Assembly: GCA_963789275.1 (NCBI GenBank)
Contig: CAWBKF010000014.1
Location: 15,240-79,239, forward strand
Length of the DNA stretch: 64,000 nt
Direction of reading: 5' to 3'
Origin: an uncultured Alphaproteobacteria bacterium
GTDB lineage: Bacteria > Pseudomonadota > Alphaproteobacteria > ATCC43930 > CGMCC-115725
This document shows positions 1-13,985 of this stretch, in pieces. The notes under the pieces are model-generated. The model worked only from the letters and a program-made list of their open reading frames with translations. It was not told where the DNA came from and searched no databases. A program made the translations under genes and the position numbers. Every line of letters starts with the position of its first letter. The stretch's first letter is position 1.

Positions 1-1026
1 GACCGCCTGCTCCTGGTCGGCCTGGGCGGCGAGCTCGCCGGCCTCGGCCGAGGACAGCACCAGGCCCAGCGCATCGCGCAGCCACTGCACCGTCGCGCCG
101 GCGGCGAAGATCGAGCCCTCGAGCGCGTAGTGCCGTGTGCCGCGCCACTGATAGGCGATGGTGGTCAGCAGGCGATGCGTCGAGCGGACCAGCGCCGGCC
201 CGGTGTTGAGCAGCACGAAGGCGCCGGTGCCGAAGGTGGCCTTCACCATGCCGGGCTCGAGGCAGGCCTGGCCGATGAGCGCCGCCTGCTGGTCGCCGGC
301 GACGGCGCGGATCGGCACCGCCGCGCCGAGATGCTCAGGCGCCACCGTGCCGAACTCGGCGGCGGTATCCTTCACCTCCGGCAGCAGCGCGGCCGGCACG
401 CGGAAGAGACGCAGCAGCTCCTCATCCCAGCTGCCGGAGCGGATGTCGAGCAGCAGGGTGCGCGCGGCGTTGGTCGCATCGGTCGCATGGACCGCGCCTT
501 GCGTGAGCCGCCACAAGAGGTAGGTGTCGACGGTGCCGAAGGCCAGTTCGCCGCGCTCCGCCTGCGCGCGCGCGCCGGGAACATTGTCCAGCAGCCAGGC
601 GATCTTGGTCGCCGAGAAATAGGGATCGAGCAGCAGGCCGGTGCGCTCGGCGACGAGATCGCCGCTGCCCTCCGCCTCCAGGCGCGCGCAGAGCTCGGCT
701 GTCCGGCGATCCTGCCAGACGATCGCGTTGTGGATGGGCTTGCCGCTCTTCCGGTTCCAGATGAGCGCGGTCTCGCGCTGATTGGTGATGCCGAGCGCGG
801 CGAGATCGCCGGGCTCCAGCGCGGCCTGGCGCAGAGCCTCTTGCATGGTGGCGAGCGTCGTGCGCCAGAGATCCTCCGGCTCATGCTCGATCCAGCCGGG
901 ATGCGGGTAGATCTGCTTGAACTCCCGCTGCGCGGTGGCGAGCGGCGCGGCATCGGCGCCGAAGACGATCGACCGGGTCGAGGTGGTTCCCTGGTCGACG
1001 ACCAGGACGCAGCGCCGCTCGGTCAC
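1..1026 (-). CDS. glpK: glycerol kinase, N-terminal part (C-terminus runs off the left edge)
   Basis: My own minus-strand translation from GTG at 1026 gives [65 protein letters not shown]. This matches the FGGY/glycerol-kinase N-terminal signature (DQGTTS.R ... GW.EH.P.E.W). It is absent from the ORF track because there is no stop inside the window. GTGA overlap with the stop of the upstream ORF. Confidence 0.85.
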   Translation of the reverse strand, partial: MTERRCVLVVDQGTTSTRSIVFGADAAPLATAQREFKQIYPHPGWIEHEPEDLWRTTLATMQEALRQAALEPGDLAALGITNQRETALIWNRKSGKPIHNAIVWQDRRTAELCARLEAEGSGDLVAERTGLLLDPYFSATKIAWLLDNVPGARAQAERGELAFGTVDTYLLWRLTQGAVHATDATNAARTLLLDIRSGSWDEELLRLFRVPAALLPEVKDTAAEFGTVAPEHLGAAVPIRAVAGDQQAALIGQACLEPGMVKATFGTGAFVLLNTGPALVRSTHRLLTTIAYQWRGTRHYALEGSIFAAGATVQWLRDALGLVLSSAEAGELAAQADQEQAV

Positions 1027-1667
1027 GTGAGCTCCCGGTAAAGGCCGAAATTGAAGGCGATCGAGATGCGCAAGCCGGTGCCGCGATAGGGCCGCACCGC
1101 GTGCAGCAGGAAGGACGGGAAGATGAACATCAGCCCCGGCCGCGGCCGGATGGTCTCGGCGCTGCCCGCCGACAGCCCGTCCTCGCCGCCATATTTGAGC
1201 AGCGGCGCATGCATCATCGGCGCGGGACCGCGCGGATCGAAGATCTCGAACTCGCCGCCCAGCGAGGGATCGTCGGCGCAGCCGCCATCGGCCACGTAAT
1301 AGCTTCCCGACCAGAACGAGCCCGGATGGTAGTGGCAGGAATTGGAATCGCCGCCGGCGTTGACGTTGGCCCAGGCCTCGACGTTCCAGTCCGGGCGGAC
1401 CGCGCGGCCTTCGCGGTCGGTGGTCAATTGCGTCACCGCCGAGCGCGCAAAGGCCAGCAGCTCGTCCGCGCGCTTGCCGCCCCAGGCGGCGAAATCGCGC
1501 GTCGAATGCCAGCCGCCGATATTGGAGGCGCCCAAGGTGGGAAATTCGGCCCGCCGGCGCAGGATGATCTCGGCGAATTCGGCGTTGCGCGCCGCGGCAT
1601 CGGGCAGCAGCACTGCCGCCACCGGCGTGGCGAACAGGCCCTTCACCTGGATCTCGATGCGCGACAT
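1023..1667 (-). CDS. 2OG-Fe(II) oxygenase superfamily protein (TIGR02466/PF13759-like)
   Basis: 214-aa ORF. Motifs [15 protein letters not shown] ... [10 protein letters not shown] ... [15 protein letters not shown] ... RISIAFNF fit the His-x-Asp/His 2OG-oxygenase family as I remember it. Sits between glpD and glpK and overlaps the glpK start by 4 nt. Confidence 0.6.
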   Translation of the reverse strand: MSRIEIQVKGLFATPVAAVLLPDAAARNAEFAEIILRRRAEFPTLGASNIGGWHSTRDFAAWGGKRADELLAFARSAVTQLTTDREGRAVRPDWNVEAWANVNAGGDSNSCHYHPGSFWSGSYYVADGGCADDPSLGGEFEIFDPRGPAPMMHAPLLKYGGEDGLSAGSAETIRPRPGLMFIFPSFLLHAVRPYRGTGLRISIAFNFGLYRELT

Positions 1668-1764
1668 GCGCGACGCTCCCTCCTCCCGGCCGGCGGCGAC
1701 AGGTTGGCCCTGGCTTACCGCTTCAGCCGCCGAAACTCAAACCGCCGCGCCGGCGGCCAGGATA

Positions 1765-3292
1765 TCAGCCGGCGACGATCATGGCGCGCTGCTCGGCCAT
1801 GAAGCTCTCGAGCGCCGCCACCTGGTCGCGCGACAGGCGCAGGCCGAGCTTCGAGCGGCGCCAGACGATGTCGGCCGCCTCTTCCGCCCATTCCTGGCGC
1901 ATCAGATAGAGCACTTCGGCCTCGCTCAGGCCGCCGCCGAAATCGCGGCCGAGCGCCGCCTTGCCCGTGGCCGTGCCGAGGATCGCGCGCGCCCTGGTGC
2001 CATAGGCGCGGGCGAGGCGGCGGCACTGCGTCGCTTCGAGCCAGCGATAGTCGCGCGCGATCCCGCGCCACCAGCGTCTTGAAGCCCTGGACGGGGAAAT
2101 CGCCGCCCGGCAGCGGCGCCTGGCCCGACCAGTCGCGCCGCGCGTTGGCGGAAGCGGGCAGATAGGGCTCGAGCTTCTCGAGCGCATGCTGGGCGAGCCG
2201 GCGGTAGGTCGTGATCTTGCCGCCGAAGATCGAGAGCAGCGGCGCGCCGCGGGCATCGAGCTCGAGCACGTAATCGCGCGTCGCGGCCTGCGCCTCGGTC
2301 GCGCCGTCATCATAGAGCGGGCGGACGCCGGAATAGGTCCAGACCACGTCGGCCGGCGTGATGGTGGCGGCGAAATATTCGCTGGCGGAGCGGCAGAGAT
2401 ACTCGATCTCGGCTTCCGTCGCCTTCACCTGGCCGGGATCGCCGACATAGTCGCTGTCCGTGGTGCCGATCAGGGTGAAGTCGCCCTCGAAGGGAATGAC
2501 GAAGATGATGCGGTCGTCGGCATTCTGGAAGATGTAGCAGCGGTCATGCTCGTAGAGCCGGCGGACCACGATATGCGAGCCCTGGACCAGCCGGACATGC
2601 GCCGGCGCGTTCCGTCCCTGGGTCACCGACAGCACCTCGCCGACCCAGGGGCCGGCGGCGTTGACCAGGACCCGGGCGGCGACGGTCTCGGCCTTGCCGC
2701 CGCGCCGCCGGTCCTGCGCGGTCAGCCGCCAGACCGCGGCGTCGCGCTCGGCGGCGACGATCTTGGTGCGGGTGCGGATGGTGGCGCCGCGCTCCATCGC
2801 ATCGCGCGCATTGAGCGCGACCAGCCGGGCATCCTCCACCCAGCAATCGGAATATTCGAAGCCCAGCGTGTACTGGCCGGGCTTGAGCGGCTTGCCGGCG
2901 ATGTCGGTGCTGAGATCGAGCGTGCGGGTCGCCGGCAGCAGCTTGCGCCCGCCGAGATGATCGTAAAGGAAAAGCCCGAGGCGCAGCAGCCAGGCCGGAC
3001 GCAGGCGCTTGTGATAGGGCAGCACGAAGCGCAGCGGCCAGATGATGTGCGGCGCCATGCGCCACAACACCTCGCGTTCCCTCAGCGCCTCGCGCACCAG
3101 GCGGAACTCGTAGTACTCGAGATAGCGCAACCCGCCATGGATCAGCTTGGTCGCCGCCGAGGAGGTGCCGCTGGCGAGATCCGACTGCTCGCACAGATAG
3201 ACGGAGAGCCCGCGCCCGGCGGCGTCGCGCGCAATGCCGCAGCCATTGATCCCGCCGCCGATGATCGCGAGGTCGTAGATCCCGTCCAACAC
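1765..3292 (-). pseudogene. glpD: FAD-dependent glycerol-3-phosphate dehydrogenase, one frame disruption near 2062-2070
   Basis: N-terminus MLDGIYDLAIIGGGINGCGIARDAAGRGLSVYLCEQSDLASGTSSAATKLIHGGLRYLEYYEF is classic GlpD. After ...GGDFPVQGFKTLVA the conserved C-terminus (DYRWLEATQCRRLARAYGTRA...EVLYLMRQEWAEEAADIVWRRSKLGLRL...) continues in the frame of track ORF 1765..2313. Confidence 0.85.
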
Positions 3293-3473
3293 TGTCTCCT
3301 GAGGCGCCCCGGTAGGATTTCGTTATTTGATTGAAAGAACCATAAATGAATGCAAATCCGAATACAATCGCTGGGCATTGAACCCAAAAAGCGAAAGAAA
3401 GGGGCGGAAAGCCGCCGAGCCGGGTAGCGCTTCGACAGATCCGGGTCGGGTTGGGGGAGCCGCCGGCCCGGCG

Positions 3474-4262
3474 TCAGTCTTCGGGCGGCGCGTCGCCCGC
3501 GCTGGTCTCGATGACCTTCACCCCGTGGGCGAGGCATACCTGGCGCAAGGCGGGCGAGGTGAGGCGGTCGGTGACAAAGGCATGGATCTGCGACATATGG
3601 CCGATGCGGACCGGTGCCGCCCGCTCGAGCTTCATGCGATCGCAGACCAGGATGACGCGGCGGGCGTTGCTGATGATGGCGCGGGAGACATTGACCTCCA
3701 GCGCGTCGAAATCGAGCAGCGAGCCGTCGTCGTCGAGGGCCGAAGCGCCGATCACGGCGGTGTCGACCTTGAACTGGCGGATGAGGTCGACCGCCGCGCT
3801 GCCGACGACCGCGCCGTCGGAGCGCCGCACCGGACCGCCGGCGACGATCACCTCGATCGACGGCAGGCGATAGAGCGTCATCGCCACGTTGAGGTTGTTG
3901 GTGATGACCAGCAGGTCCTGGTGCTTGGTGAGCGCCGCGGCGACTTCCTCGGTGGTGGTGCCGATGTTGATGAAGAGCGAGGATTCGTTGGCGATCAGCG
4001 CCGCCGCGGCAATGCCGATCGCCCGCTTCTCCGGCGCCGCGATGAAGCGCCGCGCCTCGTAGGAGAGATTCTCGACCGAGGACGAGATGATGGCGCCGCC
4101 ATGGGTCCGCGTCAGCACCCGCCGGTCGCACAGCTCATTGAGATCGCGGCGGATGGTCTGCGGCGTGACGTCGTAGCGCGCCGCAAGCTCCTCGACGCTG
4201 ACGCGGCCGACCGTGCGTGCCAGGACGATGATGTCGTTCTGGCGATCATTGAGGGGCTGCAT
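3474..4262 (-). CDS. glpR: DeoR-family transcriptional repressor (glycerol-3-phosphate regulon type)
   Basis: 262 aa. N-terminal HTH (RQNDIIVLARTVGRVSVEELAARYDVTPQTIRRDLNEL) plus a DeoR C-terminal sugar-phosphate sensor region. Located between glpD and the glycerol-type ABC genes. Confidence 0.85.
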   Translation of the reverse strand: MQPLNDRQNDIIVLARTVGRVSVEELAARYDVTPQTIRRDLNELCDRRVLTRTHGGAIISSSVENLSYEARRFIAAPEKRAIGIAAAALIANESSLFINIGTTTEEVAAALTKHQDLLVITNNLNVAMTLYRLPSIEVIVAGGPVRRSDGAVVGSAAVDLIRQFKVDTAVIGASALDDDGSLLDFDALEVNVSRAIISNARRVILVCDRMKLERAAPVRIGHMSQIHAFVTDRLTSPALRQVCLAHGVKVIETSAGDAPPED

Positions 4263-4697
4263 GAGCGAGCATCCCGGGCGTGAGGGGCGCAGAGGCGGAA
4301 TAATGGCGGCCTAACAGCGCGAAAGTCCAGGCTATTTCGCCGCGGCGGCGGGGCTGGCCGATGCCGCTCAGGGTTGCACGATTTTTCTTTATATTTTCGT
4401 TTTGATCATTTACGCTCGCTATTGGTTTCGTATCGCAAAAAGGTAACTAAAGGAGCGAAATGCTCCCGGGGGGAAGGGCGGGTGTCCGTGGACGGTCAAA
4501 GCTCGTCTGCGACGTGCTTGCGGAACGACGCAGCGCGCCGTGGCGGCGCGCCGTTTCGTCGCGCGCTCGGGCTCGCGCCGGGATCGGCACCGATGGAATT
4601 TGACGGCGGCGACGCCTTACGCTCGCCCGCCGCGCTGTCTTATCGTGCCAGCCGGCAGCTTTCCGCAACCCTGCACGACCCAGCGGCAAGAGGGCGC

Positions 4698-5778
<1,081 letters not shown>

Positions 5779-5791
5779 CGGGAACGACATT

Positions 5792-6873
<1,082 letters not shown>

Positions 6874-6874
<1 letters not shown>

Positions 6875-7757
6875 TGGACAAGCCGCTCAACAACCGCGCC
6901 TGGCTGCTGGTCCTGCCGGTGCTGCTCTTCGTCCTGTTCTCGGCGCTGCTGCCGATGATGACCGTGGTGAACTATTCGGTCCAGGACCAGATGGGCGAGA
7001 ACCATTTCTTCTGGAACGGCGACAGCTGGTTTCGCGACCTGCTCAACCCGCATACCGAGATCGGCGCCCGCTTCACCGACGCGCTGCTGCGCAACCTCGC
7101 CTTCTCGGTCACCGCCCTCGTGATCGAGGTGCCGCTGGGCATCGGGATCGCGCTGTGCCTGCCGCGCAAAGGCTGGACGGTCGGCGCGATGCTGGTGGTG
7201 ATCGCGTTGCCGATGCTCATTCCCTGGAACGTCGTGGGGACCATCTGGCAGATCTTCGCGCGCCAGGATATCGGCCTGTTCGGCGCCGCGCTGACCGGGC
7301 TCGGCCTCCATTACAACGACACCCAGGACCCGGTCTCGGCCTGGTGCACGATCGTGATCATCGACGTCTGGCATTGGACGCCGCTGGTCATCCTGCTGAG
7401 CTATGCCGGCTTGCGCGCCATTCCCGACGCCTTCTACCAGGCCGCGCGCATCGACGGCGCGAGCCGCTGGGCGGTGTTCGTCAACATCGAGCTGCCGAAG
7501 CTGCAGAAGGTGCTGGTGATCGCCGTCCTGCTGCGCTTCATGCAGACCTTCATGATCTATACCGAGCCGTTCGTCGTCACCGGCGGCGGTCCCGGCAGCG
7601 CCACGACCTTCCTCTCCATCGATCTCGTGAAGATCGCGCTGGGACAGGTGGATCTCGGCAACGCCGCGAGCATGTCGCTGGTCTACAACCTCATCACCAT
7701 CACGCTCTGCTGGATCTTCTTCACCATCATGACGCAGCTCGACCGCCGGAGGGACGC

Positions 7758-7761
<4 letters not shown>
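6874..7761 (+). CDS. ABC transporter permease (MalF/UgpA-like)
   Basis: 295 aa and multi-TM. EAA-type loop YQAARIDGASRWAVFVNIELPKL. Start overlaps the stop of the ATPase gene. Confidence 0.85.
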
Positions 7762-8567
<806 letters not shown>

Positions 8568-8579
8568 CGGGAGGTCGAC

Positions 8580-8855
8580 ATGCTCAACTGGATGGCCTGG
8601 ACCTGGGAGACGGCGACCTTCTTCTGCTTCATCGCGCTGGCGCTGGTCGTGCTGACCCTGCTGGCGGTCTTTCGGCCGGAGCGGCCGCGCAAGGGGATTC
8701 TGAGGTTTCCCACAATGCGCGGCGATCGGTTCTTCGTCTCGATGCTCGGCGCGGCCTACATCTTCATCGCCTGGATGTGGTTCGGCGGCGGCTCGCTCTG
8801 GTACCCGCTGGCCGGCGCGGCGATGTTCGGCGTCGCCATGTTCGTCTTTGCATAA
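8580..8855 (+). CDS. small integral membrane protein, DUF2160-like (accessory to glycerol-type ABC importers)
   Basis: 91 aa, 3 hydrophobic segments. Sits between the permease and binding-protein genes, as in rhizobial glycerol uptake operons as I recall them. Confidence 0.7.
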   Translation: MLNWMAWTWETATFFCFIALALVVLTLLAVFRPERPRKGILRFPTMRGDRFFVSMLGAAYIFIAWMWFGGGSLWYPLAGAAMFGVAMFVFA

Positions 8856-8912
8856 GTCAAAAACTGCCTGCCGTGCATGGGGCGCGGGGGGTCTTAGGAG
8901 GAGGGAACCACA

Positions 8913-10695
8913 ATGGGCATGAAACGTCGTGATGTGTTGAAAGGCGCTGCGGCAACGGCGGCCGTCGTCGCCGGCGGCGCCGCGATCCTGACCCCGAAAC
9001 CGAGCTATGCGCAGCAGGTCGATGCCGCCAAGAAATGGGTCGAGTTCGGAATTTCAGCCCTCGACGCTCAGCAAAGAGCAGCAGATGGCCGAGATGGAGT
9101 GGTTCATCAAGGCCTCGCAGCCCTTCAAGGGACTGAAGGTCAGCTGCGTCTCCGAAATCCTCAGCATCCACGAGTATGAGTTGAAGACGCTGACCAAGGC
9201 GTTCGCCGATATCACCGGCATCCAGGTCAATCACGAGATGATGGACGAGGGCTTGCTGGTCGACAAGATCGAGGTCGAGATCCAGTCCGGCAAGCCGATC
9301 TACGATTTCTGGATGAACGATTCCGATTTCATCGGCACGCATCCGCGCTACAACGACATCGTCGGCGGCTCCTTGACCGACTTCATGAAGAACGACGGCA
9401 AGGACATCACCAATCCGAACCTCGATCTCAAGGACTTCATCGGCCTGTCGTTTGCGACCTTCACCGACAACAAGCTCTATCAACTCCCCGATCAGCAATT
9501 CGCCAACCTCTATTGGTTCCGTTACGACTGGTTCCAGCGGCCGGAGATCAAGGCGGGCTTCAAGAAGCAGTTCGGCTATGAGCTCGGCGTCCCCGTGAAC
9601 TGGTCGGCTTATGAGGACATCGCCGAGTTCTTCACCAACACCGTCAAGGAAGTCGACGGGCAGCGCGTCTACGGCCATATGGATTACGGCAAGAAGGATC
9701 CCTCGCTCGGCTGGCGCTTCACCGACGCCTGGCTGTCGATGGCCGGCAACGGCGACCGCGGCCTGCCGAACGGGCGGCCGGTGGACGAGTGGGGCATCCG
9801 CATGGAGGACGGCATCCCGCGGGGATCGTCGGTCTCCCGCGGCGGCGACGCCAATGGTCCCGCGGCGGTCTATGCGCTGACGAAATTCGTCGAATGGCTG
9901 AAGAAATACGCGCCGCCCGAAGCCGCCGGCATGGATTTCCTCGAGGCCGGCGCGGTGCCGGGCCAGGGCCATATCGCGCAGCAGATCTTCTGGTACAGCG
10001 CCTTCACCCATGCGCTGTCGCAGCCGGATCTGCCGGTCATGAACAAGGACGGCACGCCGAAATGGCGCATGGCGCCGAGTCCGCACGGCGCCTATTGGAA
10101 AGAGGGCATGAAGCTCGGCTACCAGGACCAGGGCTGCTGGACCTTCCTCAAATACGCCCCCATGGACCACATCAAGGCGGGCTGGCTCTATGCCCAGTTC
10201 TGCGTGTCGAAGACGGTGACGCTGAAGAAATCCGTCACCTCGCTGCATCTCATCCGCGAGAGCGACATCTGGGCACCCGCAATGACGGAGCTGGCGCCCA
10301 AGGTGGGCGGGCTGGTCGAGTTCTATCGCAGTCCCGCACGCAAGCTGTGGACACCGACCGGCGTCAACGTGCCCGAATACGGCAAGCTGGCGCAGGTGTG
10401 GTGGCAGAACGTGTCCAAGGCCATCTCCGGCGAGGCGACGCCGCAGCAGGCAATGGATGCGCTTGCCGCGGCCCAGGATTCGATCATGGCCCGCGTCGAG
10501 AAGTCCGGCGTCCAAGGCAAGCTCGGACCCAAGCTCAACGAGGAGAAGGATCCCGAATACTGGTACGCCAAGGCGGAAAAGGACGGCAACCTCGCGCCGC
10601 AAAGGAAGCTCGCGAATGAGAAGCCGCAAGGCGTCACCATCGACTATGACGAGCTGCTCAAGACGTGGAAGGCCGAGATGCCGCAAAAGCAGTAG
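8913..10695 (+). pseudogene. ABC transporter substrate-binding protein with TAT signal, frame disruption at about 9045
   Basis: AGGAGGAG Shine-Dalgarno then MGMKRRDVLKGAAATAAVVAGGAAILTPKPSYAQQVDAAKKWV. The mature protein continues in track ORF 9007..10695 (SEFQPSTLSKEQQMAEMEWFIKASQPF...). Removing one T from gagTTcgg at 9045-9046 restores a single frame. Confidence 0.8.
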
Positions 10696-10713
10696 GTAGA
10701 GCTTTACGGCACC

Positions 10714-10760
10714 GGGGGACAGGGTCGGCGACGGCCCTGTCCCCCGCTCTCTTGCTTTTT
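10714..10760 (+). terminator. rho-independent terminator after the ABC operon
   Basis: GGGGGACAGGGtCG-GCGA-CGgCCCTGTCCCCC hairpin (10714-10745) followed by a T-rich tail ending in TTTTT (10756-10760), 19 nt after the SBP stop. Confidence 0.55.
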
Positions 10761-10805
10761 GGGCGGCAGCCGATCGCCGTCCGCACTGCTCGCTCCCGGC
10801 GCGAC

Positions 10806-11486
10806 TCAGCCGCGCGCCGTCTTCTTGCGGGGCGCGGCCTCGTGGGCGGCGGCGATCTGGGCTCGGGCGGCGTCGGTCAGGTAGGCGCGATAGAGCGCGA
10901 AGAGCTGCTTGACGCCATCCTGCAGCTCGGCCTCGGTGATGCGGGCGAGGCCGTGGCGCTCCTGCAGATAGTCGAGCCAGTAGCGCGAGATGATCCAGGC
11001 ATTGGCGGCGAGCTCGGAGATCTCCTGCGGGGTGGCGGCGAGCAGCTGGCGCGCCACCATCTCGGCCAGGATGCGCTCGGTGTGGCGATGCGCGCGCTCG
11101 GTGAGCTCGGCGATGCGCTGCGCCAACTCGCTTTCCGCCACGGGATCATAGCGGTGGCGATAGAGGAAGCGGTACTCCCAGATGTCGCGGAAGCTCTGCC
11201 GTGCGTAATCGCCGAAATCGGCGAGTTGCGCGCCGGCGGAGGCGGGCTTGCGCGAGAGGTTGCGCTCGATGCGCTCCTCGAGCTCGGCGAAGAGCTCGGC
11301 GACGAGGTCGTGCTTGGTGCGGAAATGGTACCAGAGATTGCCTTCGCTGATACCGAGGCGGGCGGCGATCTGGGCGAGCGAGACATGCGCCTCGCCGCGC
11401 TCGTTGAAGAGGCCCAGCGCCGCTTTCAGGATCCTGTCCCGCGTCTTCACCGCCGTTGCGCGCTTCACCCAAATCCCGTTTGACAA
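10806..11486 (-). CDS. TetR/AcrR-family transcriptional regulator
   Basis: 226 aa. N-terminal HTH RDRILKAALGLFNERGEAHVSLAQIAARLGISEGNLWYHFRTKHDLV. Divergent from the monooxygenase gene. Confidence 0.85.
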   Translation of the reverse strand: MSNGIWVKRATAVKTRDRILKAALGLFNERGEAHVSLAQIAARLGISEGNLWYHFRTKHDLVAELFAELEERIERNLSRKPASAGAQLADFGDYARQSFRDIWEYRFLYRHRYDPVAESELAQRIAELTERAHRHTERILAEMVARQLLAATPQEISELAANAWIISRYWLDYLQERHGLARITEAELQDGVKQLFALYRAYLTDAARAQIAAAHEAAPRKKTARG

Positions 11487-11540
11487 TTAGGGCGAATAAC
11501 CCTAAAGTAGCCGTAATCCCACCCTAGCCGATGCCTGCCG

Positions 11541-11630
11541 CGTTGCCTAGATTGATCGCCTAGGATTTGTCCGATCGGTGCGGATCAGCTGACGTTGCCG
11601 CGGACGAACTCCCGGCGGTAGCTTGCCTAA
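11541..11630. repeat. REP-like intergenic repeat (family with GTCCGATCGGTGCGG / CCGCGGACGAACTCCC / GCCTAG modules)
   Basis: Shares gtccgatcggtgcgg, ccgcggacgaactccc and ttgcctag blocks with 41676-41777. The ttgcctag block also occurs at 16151-16285, and 53229-53320 carries a related block. Confidence 0.5.
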
Positions 11631-11640
11631 GGGAGGGGGG

Positions 11641-12985
11641 ATGCAGGACCGTCGGGACAAGATCGCTGTGATCGGTGCCGGACCGGTCGGGCTCGGCATC
11701 GCCAAGGCGCTCAGCGCGCACGGCATCGCCTACGACCAGTTCGAAGCCGATGACGATATCGGCGGCAATTGGTATCACGGCGTCTACGATACCGCGCATA
11801 TCATCTCCTCGCGCCGGACGACGGAATTCACCGACTACCCCATGCCGGCGGAGTATCCGGACTTTCCCAGCCGGCAGCAGATGCTCGATTATCTGCGCGA
11901 CTATCGCGCGGCGTTTCGGCCTGCGCGACGCGATCGCGCTCAACACCAAGGTGGTATTGGTGCGGCCGCGTCCGGACGAGCTCTGGGATATCGGGCTGGC
12001 GAGCGGCGAGCAGCGCCTCTACAAGGGCGTGATGGTGTGCAACGGCCATCACTGGTCGAAGCGCTTTCCCGAGTATCCCGGGAGCTTCGCCGGCACCTAT
12101 ATCCATTCCAAGGACTACAAGAGCCCGGCGCAACTCGCCGGCAAGCGCGTCCTGGTGGTCGGCGGCGGCAATTCCGCCTGCGACGTCGCGAGCGAAGCGG
12201 CGCGGGTCGGCGCGCGCTGCGATCTCAGCCTGCGGCGCGGCTATTGGTTCCTGCCCAAGACCATTCTCGGCAAGCCGCTGGTCGAGGCGCTGCCGCCGTG
12301 GATGCCGGTACCGCTGCAGCGGCTGCTGCTGCGCTTCGTGCTCAAGCTGGTCATCGGCGACTACCGGCGCTATGGATTGCCGCTGCCCGACCACAAGATC
12401 TTCGAGCACCATCCGACGATAAACTCGGAGCTGCTGCATTACGTCCGGCATGGCCGCATCACGCCGCGCGCCGATATCGCCCGCTTCGACGGCAGCCGCG
12501 TGGCGTTCGTCGACGGCAGCAGCGAAGAGTACGACACCGTGATCTGCGCCACGGGCTTTCATCTCGACTTCCCCTTCCTGCCGCCGGGGCTGGTGCCGGT
12601 GACCGGCGGGCTCGCCCATGTCTATGGCGGGGCGCTGCTGCCGGGATATCGGCATCTCTATATCATCGGCACGATGCAGCCGCGCTACGGCTTCGGGCCG
12701 CTGCTGACCGAGGGGGCGGAGTTGCTGGCGATGATGGTGGGGCTGCAGGACAAGATGGAGCTGCCGCTCGGCCGCGTGCTGCAGGCGATGGGGCAGAAGC
12801 CGCCGGCCTCGCATCTGGTCAACCCGGGGGCGGCGCTCAGGCAGATGCGGCGGGCGCGCAAGCTGCTGCCGCGTCTGCTGCCGCGGGTGGAGCGCAGGCT
12901 CCGCCGCAAGATCCGCCGCGCGGCGCCGCCGCTCGCCGGCGAGGGGCCGCTCGCCTGGCCCAACGCCGATCTCAGGGTCTATTAG
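11641..12985 (+). pseudogene. flavin-containing (NAD(P)/FAD-dependent) monooxygenase, frame disruption at about 11914
   Basis: GGGAGGGGGG Shine-Dalgarno then MQDRRDKIAVIGAGPVGLGIAKAL...DDIGGNWYHGVY...MLDYLRDYRAAF in one frame. GLRDAIALNTKVVLV...VMVCNGHHWSKRFPEYPG...VLVVGGGNSACD... continues in track ORF 11675..12985. The switch lies at gcgTTTcggc, a T-run. Confidence 0.8.
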
Positions 12986-12990
12986 CCGCC

Positions 12991-13983
12991 ATGAGCTGGC
13001 AGAACATCGTGCTGACGCTGATGCTGCGCTGGCGGGTGAAGCGCCGCTCCGACGCGCCGCCGCAGGTCGCCGAGGCGCGGCGGGTGGCGGCCAAGATGGC
13101 GACGAAGCCGCGCCTGCCGCCGGGCTGGCGCATCCGCGCGGCGACGGCGCCGTTTCCCGGCGAATGGATCGAGCGGGACATCGGCGCCGCGGCCAGGATG
13201 ACGATGAAGCCGGGCCTGCGCGTTGCGGCTGCGGCGGCGCCGCTTTCCGGCAACGGGGGCGAGCGCGACGGCGGCGAGATGCCGAGCACCGCCCGCACGC
13301 TGCTCTACTTGCACGGCGGCGGCTATTACTTCTGCTCGCCCGAGACCCATCGCGTCATCACCCTCGGTCTCGCCGCCGGCGCCGAAGCGCGCACCTTCGT
13401 GCCGGATTACCGGCTCGCGCCGGAGCATCGCTTTCCCGCCGCGGTCGAGGACGCGGTGCGGGCCTATCGCGGTCTCCTCGCGGCGGGGACGCCCGCCGGC
13501 CGCATCGTGGTGGGCGGCGACAGCGCCGGCGGCGGCCTCGCGCTTGCCTTGCTGCTGTCGCTGCGCGATGCCGGCGATCCCTTGCCGGCCGGCGCGGTGC
13601 TGTTCTCGCCCTGGACCGATCTCGCCGCCACCGGCAATTCGATCCTGCGCAACGACCACAGCGACGCGATGTTCCACGGCCGCCGCATCGCCGAGGGCGC
13701 TCGGATCTATCTCGGCGATACCCAACCGACGGACCCGCTGGCCTCGCCGCTCTATGCCGATCTCGCGAAGCTGCCGCCGCTCTTCATCCAGGCGAGCGAC
13801 AGCGAGGTGCTGCTCGATGATTCCACCCGCCTCGCCGACAAGGCGCGCAAGGCCTGTGTCGCCGTCGAGTTCCGCGCCTGGCACAAGCTGCCGCATGTCT
13901 GGCAATTCTTCGCGCGCTTCCTGCCCGAGGGCCGCGCCGCGCTGCAGGAGGCCGCGCAGTTCATCCGGCGGGTGGTGCCGTAG
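12991..13983 (+). CDS. alpha/beta-hydrolase fold-3 esterase/lipase
   Basis: ATG 12991 (MSWQNIVLTL...). HGGG oxyanion motif LYLHGGGYYFCS, nucleophile elbow GGDSAGGG, and a C-terminal His region. This is the 3' third of chimeric track ORF 11623..13983. Confidence 0.8.
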   Translation: MSWQNIVLTLMLRWRVKRRSDAPPQVAEARRVAAKMATKPRLPPGWRIRAATAPFPGEWIERDIGAAARMTMKPGLRVAAAAAPLSGNGGERDGGEMPSTARTLLYLHGGGYYFCSPETHRVITLGLAAGAEARTFVPDYRLAPEHRFPAAVEDAVRAYRGLLAAGTPAGRIVVGGDSAGGGLALALLLSLRDAGDPLPAGAVLFSPWTDLAATGNSILRNDHSDAMFHGRRIAEGARIYLGDTQPTDPLASPLYADLAKLPPLFIQASDSEVLLDDSTRLADKARKACVAVEFRAWHKLPHVWQFFARFLPEGRAALQEAAQFIRRVVP

Positions 13984-13985
13984 CC

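Noticed and set aside
130-1041. 303-aa plus-strand ORF at the left edge, and 372..953 on the minus strand.
   Set aside because: Both are off-frame or antisense to glpK, whose frame I verified by hand from GTG 1026.
8857-10686. 609-aa minus-strand ORF opposite the substrate-binding protein gene.
   Set aside because: It is antisense to a clearly conserved SBP and shows no recognisable motifs.
11623-13983. 786-aa ORF that would fuse the monooxygenase start, an Arg/Ala-rich middle and the esterase.
   Set aside because: It is chimeric. Only its first ~95 aa (monooxygenase N-terminus) and last ~330 aa (esterase) are real. The middle is an off-frame read of the monooxygenase gene, whose true frame is 11675..12985.
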